The position numbers and the translations under genes were made by a program. The notes beneath the pieces are model-generated. The model was not told the DNA's origin and made no database searches. It saw only the letters and a list, made by a program, of their open reading frames with translations. Positions 9,169-18,674 of a DNA stretch of 54,471 nucleotides are shown here, in pieces. Source of the DNA: a virus (lineage: Duplodnaviria; Caudoviricetes); IMG/VR virus record IMGVR_UViG_3300035688_000006, positions 1 to 54,471 of that record; one strand, given 5' to 3'. Position 1 is the first letter of the stretch. The number at the start of each line of letters is the position of its first letter.

Positions 9169-9602
9169 TTCTTCACCTCCTTCAATTTCTGGATTTCTTT
9201 TTTCAAGGCCTGGATCTCCTTACGTAAAGTTTTATTTTTAATAATAATCCTATAGATATCTTCAGAATGTTTGGTTTCTACACCTCGTGAATGAAGTGTA
9301 CGAGAAAGCAATTGAAGATTCTCGATTCTATTATCGTCTTTAATTCCATTTCGATGATGGATTATTTCTAGGCCAGGTTGTAATTTTCGTCCTAAATATT
9401 TTTCAAATATCATTCTATGTTCTTGTGTCCATTTATCGCCTGTCCAAATAAGAACATATCCTCCATTATCTGTTCTTCTTTCTCCTTTTTGAGGACCTAA
9501 TTTTGATGAACAATCTAGACAATAATATCTATAGCATCCCCGTTTTGTCTTTCTATCATGGGTCTTTCCGCAAACTACGCAGATTCCATCCTGGGTTCCC
9601 AT
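9165..9602 (-). CDS. HNH endonuclease
   Basis: [14 protein letters not shown]...[19 protein letters not shown]. Confidence 0.9.
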   Translation of the reverse strand: MGTQDGICVVCGKTHDRKTKRGCYRYYCLDCSSKLGPQKGERRTDNGGYVLIWTGDKWTQEHRMIFEKYLGRKLQPGLEIIHHRNGIKDDNRIENLQLLSRTLHSRGVETKHSEDIYRIIIKNKTLRKEIQALKKEIQKLKEVKK

Positions 9603-9890
9603 TTAACCCAACCTTTCGATACGTTTTTTTAATTCACTGAGTTCTTTGAGCGCTTTTAATTTTTCGGCCTTATCGGATTTTATTAAACCCAAATATCTTC
9701 CAACGAGAATAGCATTGTAATCGGAAGGTTCCTGATTCTTTCTTTCCCAATTATATAATGTTCGATAAGATAGTCTGCAATCTTTCGCGACCCGATATCT
9801 TGTTATCTTTTTTGAGAAAAGCAAATTCTTCAAATTAGGCCCTCTAAGCTGCCCTTTCAATATTCTGAGGTCTGCGGTATCTATATTCAT
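9603..9890 (-). CDS. XRE/Cro-like HTH regulator
   Basis: TRYRVAKDCRLSYRTLYNWERKNQEP. Confidence 0.75.
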   Translation of the reverse strand: MNIDTADLRILKGQLRGPNLKNLLFSKKITRYRVAKDCRLSYRTLYNWERKNQEPSDYNAILVGRYLGLIKSDKAEKLKALKELSELKKRIERLG

Positions 9891-9912
9891 CGTTCATTGC
9901 TCCTATACCCTA

Positions 9913-9963
9913 GATTCATATATGAATCATACATATAATATACTACTGAGGTGATATTATCAA
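9913..9963 (-). promoter_or_regulatory. Promoter and palindromic operator of the XRE gene
   Basis: TTGATA-N17-TATTAT; perfect 16-bp palindrome GATTCATATATGAATC at 9913-9928. Confidence 0.65.
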
Positions 9964-10181
9964 GCCCTTTTGCTGGAAACCTCTGCGTTTCGCTCGTCTC
10001 GCCGGCGTTTCATATCCTCGGACATGCCACTGTCGGCTAGACAGTTTAAATAGAACTCGCACATGAAGCAGCGCATTTGCTCCACCGGATTGTTGAAACA
10101 GTCCGGGATGACTGCGGCCGAGACGCTTCGCTTGGGCTCTTCAAACTTTATCGGGATTTGGTCCATTGATGTACTTCTCTT

Positions 10182-10415
10182 TCACTGGTCCAAGGCTTTG
10201 CGGACGGCCTCGATGCCGACGTCACGATCATTCATTAGGTCAAGAAAACACAAAACTATGTCCCTGATCTTTTCAAGCCGCTCGAGCTTCATGATGATTT
10301 CCTCAAGCGCGGCTATTTCCTCCGCCCACAAATTATCCTCCCTATACGTTAAGGACCTGGACGCATAGCCATTACAATCCTCGAGCCTTTTCTTCGCCCA
10401 ATCTATCGCCCTCAT
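10182..10415 (-). CDS. Hypothetical protein
   Basis: ORF overlapping upstream stop (ATGA). Confidence 0.55.
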   Translation of the reverse strand: MRAIDWAKKRLEDCNGYASRSLTYREDNLWAEEIAALEEIIMKLERLEKIRDIVLCFLDLMNDRDVGIEAVRKALDQ

Positions 10416-11443
10416 TTGAGCACCTTCCCCTTGAGCGCCTCATTCGCCACTATGAAATAATCTATGGCCGAGGACAATGCCATCTCCTTCATCGCGTCGA
10501 TCTGCTTTAACCGCGCTCCCATCTTGGGCCCGATTTTCCCGCCGGCCTTCTCGAACTTGGCCACGAGGTCCAGTAGGTCCAGGCGTCGCCTATCCAGACT
10601 GTCTGCCTGGGGCTTCTTCTCCTCCTCCGGCTCTTCGCCTTCGGGGACTTCGCCAGCCGGGGACTCGGCGCCCTCCTCGGCTGCTGGCTCGTCCGGGAAA
10701 AATAGCGGATCCCTGGTCTCGTCTGCTGGCGGCAACTCTGCGACCTTGTGGTCGGGAAGTCTGGCCGGGCCTCTCACGTCGTCCAGCGTCTTGTAGAACC
10801 GCGGGTCCAGGTCCAGCATCATGATAAAATGTTTGCCTTTATGCGTCTTCCCTTCGGAGATATGTTGGGTAGATTCTTCGCGGCGAGTCAGGATAAGTTT
10901 GACGGAAGAAACATCGACATTATGAACGATACAGTGCTCGAGAAGATCACGGCAGAACGAATTGATATTAACCAGCGAATTAAAACTACCGGTAGTGATC
11001 TGATAGACATTTAGGGAAGCGATCGAATTTATTCTGAATCGGAAGATCCCAATTTTTTTGCATTGGCCCGAGTCAAAATAGGCGCATGGACATTCCCGCT
11101 CTTCGAGCTTGCTCGTATCGTCATTTATGCGGACGGCGGTCTCTCCGTCGCCCTTGCAATAAAGACCGGAAGATCTATACATCTTAAGGAACTGGGGAAA
11201 AATGCGGTCAAGATAGAGATGGAAATCCTCCTTCTCGAATCGGGCGGATGGGAGGGAGATATGCAGGATATGGGTCTCCTCTCCGTAGATCTTCTTCAAC
11301 TCCGGCGCGTCACGTAGGATGAAATTATCACATTCCGAAGGATACTCCACGGCCTTTCCATTCACCATTTTTGTTTTTTTAATTCCTAAATGGATTTTTC
11401 CCGATCGAATCGGGCGATAAATTGACGTCACTCCTTTAATCAT
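10412..11443 (-). CDS. Recombination protein (Gp3/recombination-directionality-factor-like)
   Basis: RSGKIHLGIK, LYCKGDGETA, CPC...C, YQITTGSFNS; adjacent to exonuclease. Confidence 0.65.
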   Translation of the reverse strand: MIKGVTSIYRPIRSGKIHLGIKKTKMVNGKAVEYPSECDNFILRDAPELKKIYGEETHILHISLPSARFEKEDFHLYLDRIFPQFLKMYRSSGLYCKGDGETAVRINDDTSKLEERECPCAYFDSGQCKKIGIFRFRINSIASLNVYQITTGSFNSLVNINSFCRDLLEHCIVHNVDVSSVKLILTRREESTQHISEGKTHKGKHFIMMLDLDPRFYKTLDDVRGPARLPDHKVAELPPADETRDPLFFPDEPAAEEGAESPAGEVPEGEEPEEEKKPQADSLDRRRLDLLDLVAKFEKAGGKIGPKMGARLKQIDAMKEMALSSAIDYFIVANEALKGKVLK

Positions 11444-11446
11444 GTG

Positions 11447-12619
11447 TTATTTGTCTCCTTTCTTTTTCTTGATAATCCGAAGGCCCACGCCGCTCTCGTA
11501 CCGCTTCGATAGCTCGAACGTCGTAGCGTCCAGGATCCCGGCCTTCACCGCATCCCTCATCATTGTGATCTGCGGCTTCGCGATCGACGGCCACCTGTCC
11601 GCCGACACATTCGCCAAGAGGAAGGCGATGTCGATATCCACCTTCTGTGTTGCGATGGCTTGGACGAACTCCTCGATCTTATCCTGGCCCGTGGATTTGA
11701 AATATTGAAGAAGGACGCCGGCCGCTTGCTCGAGGTCTTTTTCCGCCTGCGAAATCTGTGCCTTCAAGCTGACATACGATGCGGCTGCCGACTGCACGAT
11801 CTCGTACGCCGGCGGCTTGATCGTTTCGTCCTTCTCAATCTTGGCTTCCGGGGGAAGGGGGATATCCCGCCAGCAATGCTCCAGGAACCGGCAGTACTGA
11901 CAGTCGACGCTGTCCCGGATATAAGGACGGTCGGGCAATTCGCTGGCGGTGATCTTCGCATGGAGCGACAGAAACTCGGACTTGATCGCCTCGACCCTGT
12001 CTTTCGAATAGTCCACCTTCCAAATCAAAATCGGCGGCGTTCCGAACCCTCCCCGGTCGATGTAAATGAGGAGACCGTAGTCGTGGAGCTTTATGTTCTT
12101 GAAGTAAGGATCGTTCCGGCAATCTTCCATGTAGCTCAAAAGCTGGTCGGTCTCATAATCCGGAGGCGGCTCCTTGAACCCGAACGGATTCTTGCTCTTG
12201 ATATCGCCGATTGCGATACACGTGCCCCCGATTTGCAGCAGAACGTCCAGGCGCCCCCGCTTCATGAACCCGACCTTCGACCAAGTCCCAAACTCGATGT
12301 GTTTCGATGTCGAGAAGCCGAGCGCCCTGAACACGCGCTGCAACTCGTCGTGGAAGAGGTCCCCCATTTTGAACATCATGATTGTCGACGCGGCCATGTC
12401 CCGCTTCACCTCGGGATTTTTGAATTGGTAGAAGATGGACCTGGGACATCGGCCGACGTCGCTTACGTAAAACCATTCCCTGGGATTTTTATCGCCTGTA
12501 TGGCCCCTCTTCCATTCCTCGACGTAGAAATTCAGGACGCCCTTCGTGATCTCATTATCATCCGGAAGCAATTCGACCTTGACATCGCCTCGGTCTTTTG
12601 CTAAACTTTCATTCGACAT
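11447..12619 (-). CDS. PD-(D/E)XK exonuclease, Cas4/RecB-like with Fe-S cysteines
   Basis: SDVGRCPR, GDLFH, GRLD...GDIKS, QLLSYM, CQYCRFLEHCW. Confidence 0.85.
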   Translation of the reverse strand: MSNESLAKDRGDVKVELLPDDNEITKGVLNFYVEEWKRGHTGDKNPREWFYVSDVGRCPRSIFYQFKNPEVKRDMAASTIMMFKMGDLFHDELQRVFRALGFSTSKHIEFGTWSKVGFMKRGRLDVLLQIGGTCIAIGDIKSKNPFGFKEPPPDYETDQLLSYMEDCRNDPYFKNIKLHDYGLLIYIDRGGFGTPPILIWKVDYSKDRVEAIKSEFLSLHAKITASELPDRPYIRDSVDCQYCRFLEHCWRDIPLPPEAKIEKDETIKPPAYEIVQSAAASYVSLKAQISQAEKDLEQAAGVLLQYFKSTGQDKIEEFVQAIATQKVDIDIAFLLANVSADRWPSIAKPQITMMRDAVKAGILDATTFELSKRYESGVGLRIIKKKKGDK

Positions 12620-12679
12620 CTTCAACTCCTTTCTTGTGGGGAAGGGCAAGAGCCTTCCGGCCTTTCCCCATCTTCATTC

Positions 12680-12973
12680 TCACTGAAACCTAGAAATGTC
12701 TCCAGCCTTTTTCGCCGCATCGTAATCATCCAGGAACCGCTTAACTACGGAGATTGTGGATGGATGTGGTTTTGTCTTGCCGAGTCCCCACCGGGATATC
12801 GTCATGATGCTGATGCCGATCTTATAGGCCAGAGCCTCCTCGCTGAGCCCCAACTCCTTTTTCATGGCCTTGAATCGGGGAAGTAGCGAATCCAGCACCT
12901 CTTCCATAATGACGCTCCGGACCCCGCGCGTATACGCCGGAACCTTGATAACCCTTTTATTCTTTTTCTTCAT
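12680..12973 (-). CDS. XRE-family HTH regulator
   Basis: LGLSEEALAYKIGISIMTISRWGLGKTKP. Confidence 0.85.
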   Translation of the reverse strand: MKKKNKRVIKVPAYTRGVRSVIMEEVLDSLLPRFKAMKKELGLSEEALAYKIGISIMTISRWGLGKTKPHPSTISVVKRFLDDYDAAKKAGDISRFQ

Positions 12974-12991
12974 CTGATACCTCCATTGGGG

Positions 12992-13020
12992 ATATTACCA
13001 TAAGCCTAATCATGTGTCAA
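12992..13020 (-). promoter_or_regulatory. Sigma70-type promoter
   Basis: TTGACA-N17-TAATAT with TG extension, upstream of the XRE gene. Confidence 0.65.
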
Positions 13021-13751
13021 CCGGAGTTTTCGGATTTGTCCGTCCCCTCGGACTCCTCTTCCTCGCCCAGCGGAGCGCCCTGCTCCTCAGCGGCCGCGGC
13101 CTCTTTCTCCGGCGCCGGCTTCTCCTTCTTCCGATCTTCGCCTTTGATTCCCATGAGGATAATAGTGATCGCCTGCCCTGCCTTCTTCGATTTCATCATG
13201 ATCGGCTTGTTCGCGGAGAACCACCGCAGCCAAACCTCTATTTCCCCGCCCTGGATGAGAAGGTTGCACATGTCGCGCAGGTACTTGGCGTTAAGGCCGA
13301 TGCTTGCCTTGGGCTTCCGATTGAGGCCGTACTGTTTTATGATCTTGTCCACATCGGGGAACTTCCCGTCCATGTTGCGAACCGTCGTGGCCCTTGTGCT
13401 CTCCAAGTCCGTTGTGATGAACTGCGTCTCGTCTTTGTTTGACCCGCGGCCGAGCCAGATCCAAGTCGCCGCCGGCGCTCCGCACGAAATTTTCGTCGCC
13501 GGCAGTTTTTCAATCTGCCTGGCGCTCTCCGACGAAATCATGGCGCTGAACTTCCGGCCCTTGATCGGCTTTGTCGAGGAAACAACCGGCAACTCGTCTC
13601 TCTTCGCTTCCGGGACACAGGCTACCCGGACCGCATAATGGCCGTTCGTGACCTCTGTACACTTTTCCGTGACGTGAACTCCGTAGTACGGACCCGACCC
13701 GCCTTTTGGGGCCAGCCTTGAAATAAAGAAATTGAGTTTATTGAATATCAT
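13017..13751 (-). CDS. Sliding-clamp (DNA Pol III beta)-like protein with acidic tail
   Basis: VTNGHY, DGKFPDVDKII, IGLNAKYLRD, KPIMM motifs typical of beta-clamp domains. Confidence 0.6.
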   Translation of the reverse strand: MIFNKLNFFISRLAPKGGSGPYYGVHVTEKCTEVTNGHYAVRVACVPEAKRDELPVVSSTKPIKGRKFSAMISSESARQIEKLPATKISCGAPAATWIWLGRGSNKDETQFITTDLESTRATTVRNMDGKFPDVDKIIKQYGLNRKPKASIGLNAKYLRDMCNLLIQGGEIEVWLRWFSANKPIMMKSKKAGQAITIILMGIKGEDRKKEKPAPEKEAAAAEEQGAPLGEEEESEGTDKSENSG

Positions 13752-13765
13752 CCTTTGTCCTCCTT

Positions 13766-14089
13766 TTACTTTTTCCTGTGAGCCTCGAAATAGACACCGG
13801 AAGCCATCACCTTCTCGCCCTTGGAGTTTGTGCCCAAAACCAAACTTGGCACGTGCCCTGCTTTAATTGTCGCCATCCATTCCTCATACGTGGCCGTTTC
13901 GGCTGCGAACGCCGACGCTTTATGCTCTACCAACCACGTAGCTAATTCCTCTGGCGTCTTGAACACCGGAGACATTGGCGTATCTCCGGTTGTCTCCCAC
14001 ATCTGCCAACCCTTGCCCTTCGGCGGGTCCATGCTCGGCTCGCCGTCCCACTCGTAATCCAACGGAACCCTATAACATGATCTTCCCAT
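13766..14089 (-). CDS. Conserved phage hypothetical protein
   Basis: GWQMWETT...PMSPVFKTPEELATWL. Confidence 0.6.
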   Translation of the reverse strand: MGRSCYRVPLDYEWDGEPSMDPPKGKGWQMWETTGDTPMSPVFKTPEELATWLVEHKASAFAAETATYEEWMATIKAGHVPSLVLGTNSKGEKVMASGVYFEAHRKK

Positions 14090-14097
14090 TTTTCCTC

Positions 14098-14298
14098 CTA
14101 TTCCAATTCCGCGCCGCCGAAATCGCTGATCTCCGGCGCTCCATTCTCCGAAATGTTGAGCCGGAACAGGCCATCCTTATCGCCCCGAGCTCTCTTTATT
14201 TCCCTTGCCCGGTCGACGCGGTAGTCATCGTCGACGAATGGCCCCTCCACCTCCGAAGACACGTCGCCGTAAATGACGAGTAGAAAATAGAACTTCAT
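14098..14298 (-). CDS. Hypothetical protein
   Basis: ORF with GGAGG RBS. Confidence 0.55.
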   Translation of the reverse strand: MKFYFLLVIYGDVSSEVEGPFVDDDYRVDRAREIKRARGDKDGLFRLNISENGAPEISDFGGAELE

Positions 14299-14714
14299 CC
14301 TTTTTCCTCCTTTTGTTTTGCGAGTCGGTCGATAATCCGACGCAACGCCTCCAACGGCGTGTTGGGGCCTGGGCTATTTTCCGCAATCTCGCTGACCTCC
14401 TCATCCACGGGCTGCCCGATGCGCCGGCCGTAAATGACGACCTTCCAGGTCGTAAGGACCTCTGCCGTGGCTAGGAACTCCCACTTGAAAGCCTGGTGAA
14501 GGCGCCACGCCATTCCCCCCTTCTCCGGCTCGAGACAGTCCGTCAGGATTGAGAAGGCTGCGTCCGCCGGCCCACTGCCGCCGTATCCCCATTGAAAGCC
14601 GTCCGGCGAATGGTAAACAATATGCTTGAGCGGATAAGGATGGTCTTTGCCCTCCTCGTGGACAAAGATGTCGCACGGCCCAGCTTGAACATGTTTGCCT
14701 TTATAGATTTTCAT
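14295..14714 (-). CDS. DUF6166-like protein
   Basis: HSPDGFQWGYGGSGPADAA motif. Confidence 0.65.
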   Translation of the reverse strand: MKIYKGKHVQAGPCDIFVHEEGKDHPYPLKHIVYHSPDGFQWGYGGSGPADAAFSILTDCLEPEKGGMAWRLHQAFKWEFLATAEVLTTWKVVIYGRRIGQPVDEEVSEIAENSPGPNTPLEALRRIIDRLAKQKEEKG

Positions 14715-14934
14715 CTTCCAACGCTCCAGCCCCAGCCCTCGCCCGTTTTGAACGGGATGATCGTATAGTCCTGGGACTTGATCTCTTTAATATCCCTCGG
14801 ATCAATTCCCTTCGATTGCAGGAACTCGAAGATCATCTCCATCCAGGACTTTTGCAGCTCCGGCACTTGCTGTCCGCTCTCATCAAAGACAGCCATGCCG
14901 CCGTTGTTGAAGATAAGAACCGTTTTGATTTTCA

Positions 14935-15390
14935 TCATCCCTCCTTTTCCTCGTGCATCCCCAGGCACGCCTCGTCCACGACCGCCTCAAACTGCTCCAC
15001 CATCGTCGAGCCTTTGCTGACGAACTCGACCTTGCACTCGGGCTTGTAGGCGCAGATCTTCACCCAGAGATATTTATGAAGATCTCCGGTCCCATAGTCG
15101 TAATCGACGCTTCCGTAAATCCCATAGAGCTTTTTCCCCGATGAACTTGGTATCAGGACGACCTTTTTTCCCGTAGCCTTGGAAACGAGTTTCCGGACGA
15201 GCATCATCTCTTCGATGGGGGCCGGGTTATGTTTCGTGATCTCGAGTGTGATGAAGTCGTCATACTCCGACTTCCATCCTTCCGGCAAAAGGCCGTCGAT
15301 CTTCCGGGCGATTTTCGCCGCGACCTTCGCCCTCTCGACTTTCTCGCCGTACTCCATCTCCAATCTCGAAAGCGTTTCTTTCAGATTCAT
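14935..15390 (-). CDS. Hypothetical protein
   Basis: ORF with GGAGG RBS. Confidence 0.6.
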   Translation of the reverse strand: MNLKETLSRLEMEYGEKVERAKVAAKIARKIDGLLPEGWKSEYDDFITLEITKHNPAPIEEMMLVRKLVSKATGKKVVLIPSSSGKKLYGIYGSVDYDYGTGDLHKYLWVKICAYKPECKVEFVSKGSTMVEQFEAVVDEACLGMHEEKEG

Positions 15391-15409
15391 GTTATTCTTT
15401 CCTCCCTTT

Positions 15410-16051
15410 CTAGATTTTGTAAAATCCCTGGTGCTCCAGGTTTGTCAGCCAGGTCAATAGGAACGACGAGAGCTTCCGGCGCAGATCGACGTTGACACCA
15501 TGGCCGGTCCCGTCGTCGGCGGTTTGATAGACGCCCAGGCCATCCTGCTGGTAGGTCATTCCAAAGGCCATCCTCGCCCCGATCTCGATCTTCACTTCCA
15601 TATCGGGATCCGCCATCACGTCGCCCTCTTGAATGTAATTATGAGCCATGGCGATCTTCGCCGGCCCGAGCCGGTCGATGCTCAAATCCATGAACCCCCC
15701 GCTCTTGAGCTTGAGATATCCCGGCTCCTCCTTCGTCAGAAAGACCTCGAGCCCTCCATGCTCGGCGAAGAGCGCCTCGAGCCGTTCATAGCATTTTTGG
15801 AAAACCTCGAAGCTCGGATAATACCCGGCCTTCCTCTGTGTGAAAACTTTAGACATTTTCGACGCCTCCTTTTTGTTCGACCTTAATCTCCACACTCTAT
15901 TCGGGCAATTCCCGGCGTCATGGCACTTGCCAACATACCTCCGGGATCCATCGCTCGACCTCTGCCAATGCTTTTCTCCATCGCAGAGGATGATGACCTT
16001 GGCCTTACGGAAAGCCCGCCCGCAATAGATTTCCCTGACTGTGTCTGTCAT
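15410..16051 (-). CDS. DUF1249/DUF6908-like protein
   Basis: LKSGGFMDLSID...MAHNYIQEGDVMADPDME...WLTNLEHQG. Confidence 0.65.
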   Translation of the reverse strand: MTDTVREIYCGRAFRKAKVIILCDGEKHWQRSSDGSRRYVGKCHDAGNCPNRVWRLRSNKKEASKMSKVFTQRKAGYYPSFEVFQKCYERLEALFAEHGGLEVFLTKEEPGYLKLKSGGFMDLSIDRLGPAKIAMAHNYIQEGDVMADPDMEVKIEIGARMAFGMTYQQDGLGVYQTADDGTGHGVNVDLRRKLSSFLLTWLTNLEHQGFYKI

Positions 16052-16377
16052 GTTTGAAAGCCTCCTTTATATGGGTTAAAAATGCACCTTGGAGCGCATA
16101 GGAGCGAAGATACCTGGGGGGATAGGGGAGAAGGGTTAGCCATTATCCTTCCGCCTTTTTGAGGGCCGCTTCCATGGCGTCCAGGGCCGGTTTAGCCTTG
16201 GTCCGGAAGTGATTATCCTCGGGTAGGTTGTTGTACATTCCCCAGGCCGCCAGCAGCAGATCGTCCGCCGCTTTGAGAACTTCGGCCATGATTGATGTGT
16301 TAATCTCTCTCATATCTTTAATCTCCTTTATCCGGCGTTGCCACCGGATCGGCGTTTACGGCCCCGTAGGGCCGGGC

Positions 16378-16584
16378 TTACCTATCTTGGTAATGCACGT
16401 GATTGTCTGGCGTCCTACATTTGCCACCATGTGCGCCGGGGCAATTGGCCCGCCCTACCCTCAATCTTGCATCGTAGTATGTTACCTCTCCAGATAAGAC
16501 ATATGCCTGATAACCTTCGTCCCATTTAGAGACGATCCATCCGCGTCCCTGGCGATACATTGTTGCCGGATGTTCGTTTGTCAT
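16378..16584 (-). CDS. Hypothetical protein
   Basis: ORF with GGAGG RBS. Confidence 0.5.
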   Translation of the reverse strand: MTNEHPATMYRQGRGWIVSKWDEGYQAYVLSGEVTYYDARLRVGRANCPGAHGGKCRTPDNHVHYQDR

Positions 16585-16599
16585 CGCTTCTTTTACCTC

Positions 16600-16818
16600 C
16601 TAAAACATAACAAGCATCCGCCGTAAATCATACCAGCGGATCGGAGCGCCGGTAAGGCGTAAATTAGTGCGAAAATCGAGCATGTTCTTGAGCTTATCTT
16701 TTACTTCTCGCAGCAATTCAGCGGAGCCTCCCCATTCAAATTGTTCTAATGCAGCGAGGAAGTCTTTCGGCTTGGCCCCTTTTCCTTCGCCCGTCCATGC
16801 CGTCCCAAGTTTATTCAT
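16600..16818 (-). CDS. Hypothetical protein
   Basis: ORF with GGAGG RBS. Confidence 0.5.
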   Translation of the reverse strand: MNKLGTAWTGEGKGAKPKDFLAALEQFEWGGSAELLREVKDKLKNMLDFRTNLRLTGAPIRWYDLRRMLVMF

Positions 16819-16837
16819 GTTTCTTTTACCTCCACTT

Positions 16838-17137
16838 TCACTTTATCGGCGTGTCGGCTATGCCGTTCGCCTTGAGTTGTTTGTTCCAGGCTGCTTTATA
16901 CCAGCCGTCCAGATACCGGCCCCCAATTCTCCTCCAATAATTGCATAAGTCTTCGCCGTCAATCGGGGCGGGTTTATCCTTTGCCCATTCAGCCAAGAAA
17001 GCGTCTTCATCCTTTGCGCATTCATAGCAGAGATTAGCATTCCCTCCGCAGATGCCTAGCTCATGCCGATGTTGCTCAGGATACCAAGAGCGCTTGTCTC
17101 GGTCAATTCTTCGGTCTATCATTTGTTGCTCTGTCAT
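16838..17137 (-). CDS. Hypothetical protein
   Basis: ORF with GAGG RBS downstream of promoter TTTACA-N17-TAGGAT (17188-17160). Confidence 0.55.
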   Translation of the reverse strand: MTEQQMIDRRIDRDKRSWYPEQHRHELGICGGNANLCYECAKDEDAFLAEWAKDKPAPIDGEDLCNYWRRIGGRYLDGWYKAAWNKQLKANGIADTPIK

Positions 17138-17191
17138 GTTTTTTTTGCCTCCTATTTATATCCTATCATAAGTTTAAATGAATGTAAAACA

Positions 17192-17779
17192 TTATTTTAC
17201 CGTCAGTCCCCGACCTGCTGGCTGGGAAGGGAGAAACGCCTCCATGAGTTTGCTGCTAACTTCCTGGGAGATTTCACTCATGAGGCCGTCATCGGCTAGG
17301 CTGGAATATCGGCCATCTCCCAGGATAACGTGGTCGAGAAGTTTAACTTCGACCAGCAACAAGGCCATGGCCAACTGTTTCGTCAGCTGCCGGTCCTGCG
17401 ACGAATGCTCCGGATCCCCCGATGGATGATTGTGCACCAGCACGACGGACGAGGCGTCCACTAAAATTGCCGTTCTCGCTATCTCCCTTACGTCGACTGT
17501 CGATGACTCTATCCCCCCGACCGCGCTTATCTCCCTGAACACGAGCCGATTTCTTGTGTTCATGTACAGGACGCTAAGCACCTCCCTTCTTCGGTCAGCG
17601 AAACCAAGCTCTTTGCAGTACTCATAGACCACTCTAGCCGAATTGACGACCGACCCTTGTCGGCCGTGCGGTATCTTGTCTATGAGGATGCCCGCCGTCT
17701 TGAGACGCTCGAACGTACTGCCGTTGCCGGGCGACTTCTTCCCATTCCCGTAGGATTTGGCTTCAACTTGTTCGATCAT
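17192..17779 (-). CDS. radC: RadC-like JAB-domain protein
   Basis: REVL...VREI...VHNHPSGDPEHSSQD...LLDHVIL. Confidence 0.9.
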   Translation of the reverse strand: MIEQVEAKSYGNGKKSPGNGSTFERLKTAGILIDKIPHGRQGSVVNSARVVYEYCKELGFADRRREVLSVLYMNTRNRLVFREISAVGGIESSTVDVREIARTAILVDASSVVLVHNHPSGDPEHSSQDRQLTKQLAMALLLVEVKLLDHVILGDGRYSSLADDGLMSEISQEVSSKLMEAFLPSQPAGRGLTVK

Positions 17780-17963
17780 TTGCCTACCACACCTTGGATG
17801 CACTGTGCCATCTGCCGAGCTAGGTCCCGGAGGTCGACCGAACCTCTATACGCGGGACAGGTTGGATTGATGACCTCGAGAGCGTTGATAATAAGTTGAA
17901 GCTCTTCGCCATCGGCCAAGATCTGAACGACCCCCAGCCTCCCTTGAGCCTTTTTAACTATCA

Positions 17964-18182
17964 TCATTTGGACCTCCTTAAATTGACGGCCGCTCTCATG
18001 AAATTCAGGCCCCGATAAGGAGAGTGCTCGTCCACTACAAGAATCTCAAAAAAGCCAATCGTCCTGCGACGCGGATCCGACCGGTATTTGTGGAGAACTC
18101 TGCACTTCCACCAAACCACCTCACCCCCCGGCGCGAATCTGGCCAGGATGATACTGCCTATCTTGACTTTGCTCATGTTCAC
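17964..18182 (-). CDS. Hypothetical protein
   Basis: ORF overlapping neighbours by GTGA/ATGA. Confidence 0.5.
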   Translation of the reverse strand: MNMSKVKIGSIILARFAPGGEVVWWKCRVLHKYRSDPRRRTIGFFEILVVDEHSPYRGLNFMRAAVNLRRSK

Positions 18183-18475
18183 GCCTTCATCCTCAGCCGG
18201 TACAGCTTGCCGAACCGCCGATTCAACTCGCCCAGGATATCTTCGGCATCGGACTTGTTCGCCTTCCGAAGATCGTCATTCAGCATCTTGATCGTCGCCC
18301 GGCATTTCACGCTCCGCCGATTCCGCTTCGACTCGATCATAACGCTGGCCTCCTCGAGCTCACCCGACTCCATCTTCGAATTGAGCCCACTCAGTTTCGA
18401 CATCTTAGAACCTCCTCTTAAAATGGATTTTGGGGATATCTCTTTTGATCCCCCTTGAATGTTATTGATTATCAT
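18179..18475 (-). CDS. Hypothetical protein (first gene after the early promoter; start possibly 18403)
   Basis: ORF directly below promoter; GAGG RBS precedes MSKL. Confidence 0.5.
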   Translation of the reverse strand: MIINNIQGGSKEISPKSILRGGSKMSKLSGLNSKMESGELEEASVMIESKRNRRSVKCRATIKMLNDDLRKANKSDAEDILGELNRRFGKLYRLRMKA

Positions 18476-18481
18476 AGTTAG

Positions 18482-18510
18482 ATAATAACATATGTTTAGT
18501 CATATGTCAA
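18482..18510 (-). promoter_or_regulatory. Probable early promoter with overlapping inverted-repeat operator
   Basis: TTGACA-N17-TATTAT; ACATATG-N6-CATATGT at 18488-18507. Confidence 0.7.
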
Positions 18511-18544
18511 GTACAATTAGGCCATATTCTTCGGATAAAATCCG

Positions 18545-18656
18545 TATGTTATTGATATTAAAAGAGTAAAAATTTTAAAATATTTACGTAAGTTATGGGA
18601 TTTAATGAAGATAGCAGTATGCTATCTCCCTCGCGCTATATGTTATTGATATTAAA
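18545..18656. repeat. 18-bp direct repeat pair in AT-rich intergenic region
   Basis: TATGTTATTGATATTAAA at 18545-18562 and 18639-18656; partial copy near 18459. Confidence 0.8.
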
Positions 18657-18674
18657 TGATTTAAACAGGCCTAT

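Noticed and set aside
11660-12604. Long plus-strand ORFs (also 29527..30441, 34701..35477, 47635..48399)
   Set aside because: Antisense frames of GC-rich genes with no motifs or RBS
11447-12619. CRISPR-associated Cas4
   Set aside because: No other cas genes or array; context beside a recombination gene fits a phage exonuclease
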